Shown here in pieces: positions 18,802 to 27,528 of a stretch of 32,000 nucleotides of DNA (its first letter is position 1; each line of letters starts with the position of its first letter). Where the stretch lies: assembly GCA_021498095.1 (NCBI GenBank), contig JAIZWK010000001.1:1950001-1982000 (forward strand). Direction: 5' to 3'. Made by a program: the position numbers and the translations under genes. The notes under the pieces are model-generated. The model did not search any database, was not told the origin of the DNA, and saw only the letters and a program-made list of their open reading frames with translations. The DNA is from Candidatus Harpocratesius repetitus. Lineage in GTDB: Archaea > Asgardarchaeota > Lokiarchaeia > Sigyniarchaeales > Promethearchaeaceae.

Positions 18802-19047
18802 CTCAACTTTTTTCATAAAAAGAAAATGATTACTACTTCAATTAAAATTCATACTCTAAAATTGAAAAATTAGCGGTAAATGTAATACATATCAGAAAAA
18901 AAGCAAAAAAATTCAAGATACTGGCTAATTTCACTGTAATCGTGTAAAAAAATTGATTTATAAGTAATTACATCATTTGTAATAATCCCACAAAGGAAAT
19001 TCGCTATAAATTTAAATATTTCTTAGCTTAATATTAAGACAAAAATA

Positions 19048-19434
19048 ATGATAAAAATGAATTCCAAAAGAAGCATTAAAAGTGATGCCTACTGCATTCG
19101 TTGTAGGTTCGCCATATCATATGATCCAGAAGATCCTTTTTGCTTTGAATGTGGACTAATTTGGGAGAAATATCATAATAAATATTATAAAGAAAAATAT
19201 TGTCACAGATGTGGTAGAAGATGGAGAACAAGTAAAGTTCATCCGTTTTGTGATAAGTGTGTCCATTTACGCCCCCCTAAAGATCGGATTCCTAAGATCA
19301 CAAAATCCAAAGAAGAAATTTTAAAGAAAGCAATTCATCCTGATTGTCCACCTCATGATTGGGTAATTATTGATTGGGTGGAAGATCGCAAACAAGAACG
19401 ATGCAGTAAATGTGGAAAAATACGAAAATCTTAA
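19048..19434 (+). CDS. Cys-rich multi-zinc-ribbon protein
   Basis: CIRC, CFEC, CHRC, CDKC, then C-PP-H ... CSKC. The start may be ATG 19057. Confidence 0.75.
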   Translation: MIKMNSKRSIKSDAYCIRCRFAISYDPEDPFCFECGLIWEKYHNKYYKEKYCHRCGRRWRTSKVHPFCDKCVHLRPPKDRIPKITKSKEEILKKAIHPDCPPHDWVIIDWVEDRKQERCSKCGKIRKS

Positions 19435-19493
19435 AGAATTTACAAATTATTATCTGATTTTATTAGATTATATTGGCTTTTTTAAAAAAATTT

Positions 19494-20738
19494 TTAGAAA
19501 ATAATAAGTAAAGCAATCAAAATACCTAATCCACATAAAAATCCAACCAAAAATGCTCCAAACTTTGAAAATAAGAAATTCCTAACGATTGGAACCTTAA
19601 ATTGGATCGCTTCATATGGACATAATTCAGTGCAACAATAACACGTAATGCATGCATTTCCATCCCAAATTGGTATATCTTTTCCAATTTCTATTCCATT
19701 AGGTGGTGTGAGTGCTTCTACAGGACAATTTTGCCAGCAAGTCCCACACAAACGACATTTCTCAGGTGATACCTGCCAACGAGATCGATAGAGAATTTTA
19801 GCTGCATAATTATGAATTTTCCGCGGAACCAATTTAAGAAGGCCGAGTGGTAATTTCTTTGGGGGTTTAAATTTTCGATAAACATGCTCAAGGGCTTCGC
19901 CTTTAATAATAAATTTTTCTAAATTTAAAGAGCCAATTCCTTTTTTGGCTCCATGTTCAAGATATAAAACTTGGTTGTGATCTAATCCTGTAAGTTTACA
20001 TACGAGGCGATCTAAAGCTAATCCATCATATCCCGCCAAAATAAGATTCCATTTAACTACATCACCAGCTGCAGGACCAAATCCCTCCATAGCATAATAT
20101 CCATCAATAACAGTTAATTGTGGTTTTACAACTGAATAGATATCGACTAAAGCTGCTGTAAATTCATCTACTCTTGGAAAAAGTGTGTGCATTTTAGCTT
20201 TATTACCTAAAAGTACTGTTCCGAAAATATTCTTGATACAACATGTAAGTGTACATAATTCATGGGTTTTAATTTTAGGCAGATTTATTATAAGATCTGC
20301 TTCATCAATTAATGAACTGCTGATGAATTCGCTAAGTACTAAAGGACTTGGCACATGATAGGTTTTACGAGGAGATTTCTCAAAAGGAAAGCACTCCACT
20401 TCTTCTTTTTCGCAAATGGCTTTGATTCCGGAACCCCTCATTGCTTTTTCAGTCAAACCTGGATTTCTTCCACCAGAGCTGTCACAAACAATAATTCGCT
20501 CGGGAGAAAATTGTTTTACCCATCGAATGACTGCTTGTAAAACTAAAGGATGGGTAGTAACTGCTCTTTCAGGAGGTTTACCTGAAAGAATATTCGGTTT
20601 AATAAGAATTTTCATTCCTTTTTTAGGGAATAGTCGGGATGCATGAATATCTTCTAATGCTTTAAATACAGCACTTTCAACATTTTCTTCCCGAATTCTT
20701 TGTAACGAGATTAAATCTCCATCTTTAGAATAATTCAT
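19494..20738 (-). CDS. DUF362 domain protein with 2x[4Fe-4S] ferredoxin domain and C-terminal TM helix
   Basis: ILIKPNIL, TTHP, IINLPKIKTH, IKN, VIDG...EG.GP. Ferredoxin motifs CRLCGTCWQNCP and CITCYCCTELCP. Hydrophobic C-terminus. Confidence 0.88.
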   Translation of the reverse strand: MNYSKDGDLISLQRIREENVESAVFKALEDIHASRLFPKKGMKILIKPNILSGKPPERAVTTHPLVLQAVIRWVKQFSPERIIVCDSSGGRNPGLTEKAMRGSGIKAICEKEEVECFPFEKSPRKTYHVPSPLVLSEFISSSLIDEADLIINLPKIKTHELCTLTCCIKNIFGTVLLGNKAKMHTLFPRVDEFTAALVDIYSVVKPQLTVIDGYYAMEGFGPAAGDVVKWNLILAGYDGLALDRLVCKLTGLDHNQVLYLEHGAKKGIGSLNLEKFIIKGEALEHVYRKFKPPKKLPLGLLKLVPRKIHNYAAKILYRSRWQVSPEKCRLCGTCWQNCPVEALTPPNGIEIGKDIPIWDGNACITCYCCTELCPYEAIQFKVPIVRNFLFSKFGAFLVGFLCGLGILIALLIIF

Positions 20739-20876
20739 GAAATAACATATACTTTTTTTTGCAAATAAATCTATTACTTATAATACAACTTAATCTGAAT
20801 ATTAAATGATTAAATACAAATATCAAAGAATTTTGTTCAATTCTTTCTGTTATTTGCTTTTTTCTCTTGGTTAGGC

Positions 20877-21500
20877 TTAATAATTTATTAAATGAGAAGT
20901 ATCGTTGAATTTTCTCAAAGTATGTTGTTTATATTGATTTATCAGCAAATATGATAAACTGGCTGTTGAACTCCAAAAATGAGCCTTTTTTAGCAAAGAT
21001 TCATCAAATTTTAGCCACCAAGCAACAATATATGCTAAAGTCCATCCATGAGTTACAATAATTAAATTCTTTTCTTGTGAAGAAGTAATTTGCTCCATAC
21101 ATGCACAAACTCTATTAAAAAACTGTCTTCTAGATTCGCCTTCATTAAATTCTTGATAATCTAAATCAAATATTTCCTTATTTTCGGGATTTCGATGCTG
21201 TTTTGCCCATTCTTTGGTTTTTCCAGCTGCAACTCCCGTATTTATTTCCCGTAGATTTTTTTCTACAATAAATGATAAATTGAGATAATTTCCGATAATT
21301 TCAGCTGTTTGTAAAGCACGCTTTAGATCAGATGAAAAAATTTGAAAATTATTTGGATCTATTTCATTTTTTAATCTTTTTCCGATGAGTATTGCTTGTT
21401 TTCTTCCTAATTCAGTTAAAGGAGTATCCGTCCATCCTCCACTTAATTCATTAACGTGATGTTCAGATTGACAGTGCTGAATTAAAATAATTTCATGCAT
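20877..21500 (-). CDS. Histidine phosphatase superfamily (phosphoglycerate-mutase-like) protein
   Basis: QHCQS variant of RHGES, DTPLTELGRKQA, SSDLKRALQTA, LREIN, IIVTHG. Confidence 0.88.
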   Translation of the reverse strand: MHEIILIQHCQSEHHVNELSGGWTDTPLTELGRKQAILIGKRLKNEIDPNNFQIFSSDLKRALQTAEIIGNYLNLSFIVEKNLREINTGVAAGKTKEWAKQHRNPENKEIFDLDYQEFNEGESRRQFFNRVCACMEQITSSQEKNLIIVTHGWTLAYIVAWWLKFDESLLKKAHFWSSTASLSYLLINQYKQHTLRKFNDTSHLINY

Positions 21501-21565
21501 AAGCAATTATATTTATTCATCGTTTTTTTAATTTATTTTTTTGCATTTTTATGCATGAATTGATT

Positions 21566-22459
21566 TTAAACCATCTCAAATTTTATCACATGAGGAATAT
21601 ATTTGGGAAACCTTGAAGAAAGTCTTTCTTTAATTAGATTTAGACGTTCCAAAGCGATTTTGCAATATTTTTCTGAAATATCAATTCCAATAAATCTTCG
21701 GTTGAGCATATATGCCATTTTTGTTGTTGTTCCTGCACCATTTAGTGGATCTAATATTAAATCACCTTCATTCGACCATGAAAGGATATGGTCTTTTGCT
21801 AATGCTTCAGGAAACAGCGCTGGATGTTCATAAGCAATAGCATCTGTTGTTGTATGCCCTCTACCTGTTTTATATCGCCATATGTTGAAACGCATTCCGT
21901 ATTCATTTACTTTTATTCGTGTTGTATCATCTTTATGTGAAATTGTTCCATCTTTTTTCCTTCTTTTTTTTGAAAAAGTATATTGTGATTTATTTGGGCG
22001 ATCTATTAATGGATTAAACGTTTTAGGTTTCCCTTTTGAGAAGACGAACATATATTCAAAAATCTGATGATAGCGAGTCTTGGAAGGAAATGCAAACCCA
22101 CTTTTTTGATATATCATAGTATCATGTAATTTAAATCCCTTCGAAATAAAACCTAAAGCTTGTTTAAACGAGCTACCTGTTTCAGATCCATTTATTGTGC
22201 TATCTCCAATGATCCAAACTATAATACCCCCTGGTTTTATTACTCGAAACAATTCTTGGGCGAGAAGATCAAAATTAAAGTGAAATCCTTGATAATCACG
22301 TAAATTGTCGTAAGGTGGGCTCGTAATTGTAAGATCTATCGAATTTGACGAAATTTGTGGTAAAACTTCGAGACAATTTGCGTTAATGATCGAATTAATC
22401 GGAATATGATTGTGGGGACTAATTTCTATAGAGTGATCTTGCTTTTTAAGATTATTCAT
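21566..22459 (-). CDS. Amino-DNA methyltransferase (N4-mC/N6-mA, beta class), orphan
   Basis: Motif IV TSPPY precedes motif I DPLNGAGTT, with HPALFP and FIGIDI. No neighbouring endonuclease gene. Confidence 0.92.
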   Translation of the reverse strand: MNNLKKQDHSIEISPHNHIPINSIINANCLEVLPQISSNSIDLTITSPPYDNLRDYQGFHFNFDLLAQELFRVIKPGGIIVWIIGDSTINGSETGSSFKQALGFISKGFKLHDTMIYQKSGFAFPSKTRYHQIFEYMFVFSKGKPKTFNPLIDRPNKSQYTFSKKRRKKDGTISHKDDTTRIKVNEYGMRFNIWRYKTGRGHTTTDAIAYEHPALFPEALAKDHILSWSNEGDLILDPLNGAGTTTKMAYMLNRRFIGIDISEKYCKIALERLNLIKERLSSRFPKYIPHVIKFEMV

Positions 22460-22891
22460 TTCAATCAGCTGGAATTTCCTTGCATAATTTATGGATTTCT
22501 TGATAAATAAAGCTTTTCAACTAAATTTAAGAGATTATTGGCACTATTTCATCCAATCGTCACATATTTTTAAATTTAAAAATTATTAAACATATTTACT
22601 ACATATAGACTACATAATTTCTATATATGTTCTATCCATCTAAAATCATCTGTTTTCGGAATATTTTTGCGTACGAAAGAGATTCATGAAATATATTCAA
22701 AATAGCTATATGTCTTCACAATTTATCATCTGTTTTGCTGTGAATGTATTGCAAAGATAAGGAAACTAACTTTTGCTTATTTGAGATCATACATCTCCTA
22801 CTCGGAATGAAACAAAAAAGGTTTTAAAGGTTCTGATCAAAGTAATATTTGTATAAATGATTTTTTGATTAAATATCAATGATGATTACAA

Positions 22892-23692
22892 ATGGGTAAG
22901 CTAATGAAAAGGTTTGTCAAACACATTATTCGTTATAACCCGTTGGACTATTTTATTCCGCGGTTGCGAGCATTTTATCGAAAATTGGGGATATTGGATT
23001 ATTTAGACCGTCAGACATATTGGGTTTTATGGAAAATTGTTAGAATACTCAAACGAAAAGCGTTCCCAGGCGAAACTACAGGAATAGCGAATGTTCCCAT
23101 GTCTGGTGCAGGAATATTTATTTCAAACCATAGCCATTTGTTCGACCCATTCTTATCTGCTTCTCAAGTTCACCGCCCGGTTCATTGGCTTTCAAAAATT
23201 GAGAATTTTTATACTCCTTTCTTCAGACCAATTTTACAAACTACGGGATGTATTCCAGTTCGAAGAGGTCAATCTGATCAAAATGCTATTCGATTAGTTA
23301 GACAAAAGTTAGAAAAAGGTCAAATGGTAGGAATCTTCCCAGAAGGAACTCGAACACGAACCGGCAAATTAGGTCGATTTCACACAGGTGCTGCACGAAT
23401 GTGCTTAGAATACGGCATCCCTTACGTTCCATGTGTTGTTATTAATTCTTATAAATGTAAAATTGGTGATAAAATTGACGTACACATTGGAAAACCAAGA
23501 TATCCTCCAAAAGGAATTGAAGTGAATTATGAAAATTCAAAGTGGTTTACCGATTTAATGCGTCAAGATATTGTAAGATTATTACAGAAATATGATGTAA
23601 ATAAGACGATTGAAATTCCTGCTGCAATGTTAGAACCTCCTGTAATTCCTGCACAATTTAAGGAATTATATATCGATCAAAAAGTTCGATAA
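22892..23692 (+). CDS. plsC: 1-acyl-sn-glycerol-3-phosphate acyltransferase family (PlsC/LPLAT)
   Basis: Catalytic NHSHLFD (HX4D), IPVRRG, IFPEGTRT, FHTGAAR, IPYVP. The exact acceptor is unknown. Confidence 0.85.
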   Translation: MGKLMKRFVKHIIRYNPLDYFIPRLRAFYRKLGILDYLDRQTYWVLWKIVRILKRKAFPGETTGIANVPMSGAGIFISNHSHLFDPFLSASQVHRPVHWLSKIENFYTPFFRPILQTTGCIPVRRGQSDQNAIRLVRQKLEKGQMVGIFPEGTRTRTGKLGRFHTGAARMCLEYGIPYVPCVVINSYKCKIGDKIDVHIGKPRYPPKGIEVNYENSKWFTDLMRQDIVRLLQKYDVNKTIEIPAAMLEPPVIPAQFKELYIDQKVR

Positions 23693-23852
23693 CAATAAAA
23701 TTATTCAAAAAATCTTTTTTTTACTAATTTTATTTAAATTTTCTTCAATTTTTCTATTTCTAATTCATTCTTTCGTTAATTATCAAATTCTTTTTCTATA
23801 TTTACCAAATTCTTATTAATTTTAAATTTGTTAGAAGATAAGAAATAAATAT

Positions 23853-25289
23853 CTAACGTTCCGGTTCAATTATTATAGATTGATGTAAAACTTCTGCTCT
23901 GTTTTCCAAGATAGATTGAATATTTGCAATATCGTTAATAATTTTAGTTCTGGCATAAATCCATAAAAATATTCCTGGAATTCCAATGGATGAACAAATT
24001 AAAGCTGTAAGTAGAAAATTATTATTAGTATATTTTAACGCTGCAGCCCCAACTAAAGGAGCAAGTCCTGAAGCAAAAATTTCTAAAAATTGATTAACGC
24101 TCGAAATGAATCCTTGAGCTTCTGGAAGATTGATTGCTTGAAGAACTGGGGGTTGATTGGTTAAATAGAGGACTCTCGCTGTAATAATTGTAAAAATAAT
24201 TACTCCAAACAGCCAAAAACTCGGTTTCTTAAATACATCTCCCCAATTAATTTGACCTCCGGTTGAAATATAATCTAGTGGTGTTAAAAATGCAACAATC
24301 AAACCTACAACAGATAATGTAACAGAAATAATAATAAAATCTACTCTGATTTTAATGCCTTTCTGTGCCCATCTGTCTACTTTTTGAGTAAAAAAGGTAA
24401 CAGATAGAATAATTGCAGGTAGAGCAAAAATCACGAATATGATGGATACATTATTTGAATCTAAATTAATTGGTGGTTCTTTCAAATAAGGTATGATTAA
24501 AAATAATATTACATCAAATAAAATGCATGTAAAAATACCTTCAATAATTGCGACAATATTTGTTGTGGTAAGTATGGATTGTCGAAAACTTGCTCGATTT
24601 AGCTGATAACTATAACTAATTTTCTCTTTCTTTAATATATGTGCTAATTTTTTCGAAGAATGATGTGCCCTTGGTGGTTCTTTTAGAAAGATAATCAAAA
24701 TAATGATACTTCCTCCTAACAATAAACCAATTATTATGAAAAATATACGCCACCATCCATGTTTAAATGCAATCGCAGAAAGGATCATACCAGCATTACT
24801 TAATATAAGGTTAAGTGCATAATATATACCAAAAAATTGAGATCGTTGTGATTCTGTTAAAAAATCACTCGAAATGCTGTGAACTAATGGGTAATTGCCT
24901 CCAAGTCCAATTCCAGCAATAACACTTGCGATAATAAAAAAGATCCACAAGGTTCTATGACTTGAGTGAGGTATAATTCCGAATAATATACATGAAAAAG
25001 CAGAAAATGAGGTTGTAATAATAAATAGAATTTTTCTATTGAATCTATCTGCTAATAAACCGAAAAATAGCCCTGCAATGGCCCACATCCATGATCTTAC
25101 TGATAGAATTAAACCTGATTGAATTGCATGTACATGAAAGGGAGTATTTGGCCAGATAAGAGTCGAAATATTAACAATGTTAATTAGTATTACTGAATAA
25201 ACAAGTGAAACTAAAGAGTATGTAAAGAATATTGGCCATAATTGAAAAATAGATGAATTTTCTCTCTGTTTTTTCAAAAAATTTTTCAT
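23853..25289 (-). CDS. MFS transporter
   Basis: Motif A GLLADRFNRK, about 12 TM segments. ATG 25289 with a GAGG SD removes the track ORF's overlap with the upstream gene. Confidence 0.9.
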   Translation of the reverse strand: MKNFLKKQRENSSIFQLWPIFFTYSLVSLVYSVILINIVNISTLIWPNTPFHVHAIQSGLILSVRSWMWAIAGLFFGLLADRFNRKILFIITTSFSAFSCILFGIIPHSSHRTLWIFFIIASVIAGIGLGGNYPLVHSISSDFLTESQRSQFFGIYYALNLILSNAGMILSAIAFKHGWWRIFFIIIGLLLGGSIIILIIFLKEPPRAHHSSKKLAHILKKEKISYSYQLNRASFRQSILTTTNIVAIIEGIFTCILFDVILFLIIPYLKEPPINLDSNNVSIIFVIFALPAIILSVTFFTQKVDRWAQKGIKIRVDFIIISVTLSVVGLIVAFLTPLDYISTGGQINWGDVFKKPSFWLFGVIIFTIITARVLYLTNQPPVLQAINLPEAQGFISSVNQFLEIFASGLAPLVGAAALKYTNNNFLLTALICSSIGIPGIFLWIYARTKIINDIANIQSILENRAEVLHQSIIIEPER

Positions 25290-25365
25290 AAATATTCCTC
25301 GATTGATAATTGAATCAAAGTTACCTTTAATGTTAATTTTATGAATTATATAAAAAATGAATTTC

Positions 25366-26271
25366 TTACCAATATTGACCAAAAATAGTATCGTATTCTT
25401 CAGGAACAAACTTTGCTGTTCCTGAACCAGGTGTTAAGGTAAGTTCTCCAAAGTATATATCATTATTTACTGAAAATAAATCAACCCTAACAAAATCGAT
25501 ATCTTCACCTAATTTTTCAGCAATAGCAATTAATTCGTCAAAATTTGCTGGTTTTTCATCATATTCTGGACTAATTGGTTCCCCAATTGCTAGATCTAGC
25601 TTTTCCCAATCTCTGGTGTAATTGTTTTGATAATAGTTAAGATAGCGTCTTGCATGTACTTCAATAAAACGGGCAATACCATGAAAAACATAGATTTTAT
25701 AATCAATTGGAACAACTGCATCTTCATTATTTGGTTGTATAAATTCTTCAATTATGATTTTAGGATGAATCTGCCAGTAATGTCGTTCATTAAATATAAT
25801 AAATTTTCCATATTTCTTTTTTAGCCATTTTCTACATTTTTGAACAATTTCATTCTGTGTATATTTCTTTTTTGAAACAAAATCATATCCATTACTGATA
25901 ATCATAATCCAACCTGATCCATGATTAGCTTTAATAACATATTCATTTGGTAATTGATCGAAAGGAATTGTTTCTGGTTTATCTGTTACATATAAAAGTT
26001 TAGCTAGTTTGACTGTAGTTCCTTTTAATTTAACATATTCTCTAACAGCATATTTATCTGCCATTGTGGTATAAATTTTAGGATAGTTTTTTTGACGCAT
26101 TCGTTCTCTTATTTTATAATTGAATGTTCCTTTTTTAGGAAAATATATAAATGGTTTGCAGACATTTTGAAAGGGCGGTTTACGCCAAATGAATAAAAGC
26201 AAGAATAATAGGATTGTGAGAAAAAGAACCCCTCCACAAATTCCCAAAAAAGTTATAACTAATTGACCCAT
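25366..26271 (-). CDS. TupA-like ATP-grasp fold amidoligase with N-terminal membrane anchor
   Basis: ADKYAVREYV, VIKANHGSG, IIIEEFI, DYKIYVFHG, FVRVDLF, YFGELTLTPGSG. Hydrophobic residues ~4-29. Confidence 0.85.
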   Translation of the reverse strand: MGQLVITFLGICGGVLFLTILLFLLLFIWRKPPFQNVCKPFIYFPKKGTFNYKIRERMRQKNYPKIYTTMADKYAVREYVKLKGTTVKLAKLLYVTDKPETIPFDQLPNEYVIKANHGSGWIMIISNGYDFVSKKKYTQNEIVQKCRKWLKKKYGKFIIFNERHYWQIHPKIIIEEFIQPNNEDAVVPIDYKIYVFHGIARFIEVHARRYLNYYQNNYTRDWEKLDLAIGEPISPEYDEKPANFDELIAIAEKLGEDIDFVRVDLFSVNNDIYFGELTLTPGSGTAKFVPEEYDTIFGQYW

Positions 26272-26427
26272 GATGCGAATATTGTGAGCTGATATTTAAA
26301 GTAATCGGATACCATTTATTCTTTCTAATAAAATAATTTTTGAAAAGATGCTTCACTCGTGAACTTTAAATAGGAAATCTCTTTTAAATTTATAATAATT
26401 AAAAAATGCTATTTTAATTTAATTCTT

Positions 26428-26620
26428 AAATGTGAAAGGAATGGATTCAAAGCTTAAAAAATTCGCTAAATTTCGCTGGTTTAATAATGTAGTACCTCAT
26501 ACTACTGTTAATCCAGTGATTTATGGGCTTATGAATTCTTTCTCTTCATGCTAAAATTGATCACGCTTGATGTGTTTCACCAAATTTTTGAATCAGTAAT
26601 CCTGTAATCCTTTCACATTT
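26428..26620. repeat. 13-bp perfect inverted repeat pair bounding 193 bp of non-coding DNA
   Basis: AAATGTGAAAGGA at 26428-26440 and TCCTTTCACATTT at 26608-26620. Confidence 0.6.
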
Positions 26621-27528
26621 TGATTTCACTCACATCATGCTGATCGTCTTTTACAATAAAGCTAGATTTGGTTATGTGTAAAAATATTTATGAAAATACA
26701 TTTTTCAGCAATCTAGAATTATTGAATTATCTAAAAGAAAAAATGATAAAATAACCCGATGTACAATTTACAATATAATAATTTGGGAAAATTTGTGTCT
26801 GAATTAGTTGTATTTAGGTGGAAATTGCTCTGTTCTATATACTTGCAAATAGATAGGCTTTTATTTGAACATAACCTTATAAGATCTTAGATCGTAATTA
26901 ATATATTATTAATCTATAAAATTTCATTAACTACGATCTTGCAAAAAAAAATATCAAAAATATAAAACTAAATGATTATCATGAAAAATATCCGCTTTCC
27001 ACAACCATTTTGTCATTCATTTACCTGGAAGCTTCGCAAATACGTTTCAATTCAAAATTCAAATTCGTTTTTCATGTTGAAGTATGTTGCGATAAAATCA
27101 GCTAATCCTCAGGTAAATAGGGGATCTATTTCCTTTTTAAATGTATTTCCCCAAATGCAAGGAAAGTTGGACGCTCATGCATCTTTTAGATAATACAAGG
27201 AATATTCAGACTGAAATTATCAATTAAGCATTTCTGTCTCGAATAATTCCTATGTAATTTTATTACTTTCAACTTTTCTTCTTTAGCTGTTAATCATTGT
27301 ATTCCTACTAATCAATTGGAATGCCAATGGAATAAACGAACTACGACCATTTCTTTGATATTTGTGTATAATCATATCAAGGTTGCGGTTATAATCGAAC
27401 CACCTTTTTAAAATACATCTGCTTTCCTACTGCTGATGTTATATTACTTATAATAAATCAGAAATAAGCGGAATTCAAAAAAAATAATCTCAATAATAAA
27501 CCAAATTCAAAAATTAAGTGAATAAAAT

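Noticed and set aside
25290-25409. N-terminal 40-aa extension of the MFS ORF given in the track
   Set aside because: It overlaps the upstream ATP-grasp gene, and ATG 25289 has a good GAGG SD.
26687-26750. Possible third, inverted copy of the 197-bp repeat
   Set aside because: Similarity is limited to short A/T-rich words and needs gaps. It is not distinguishable from background.
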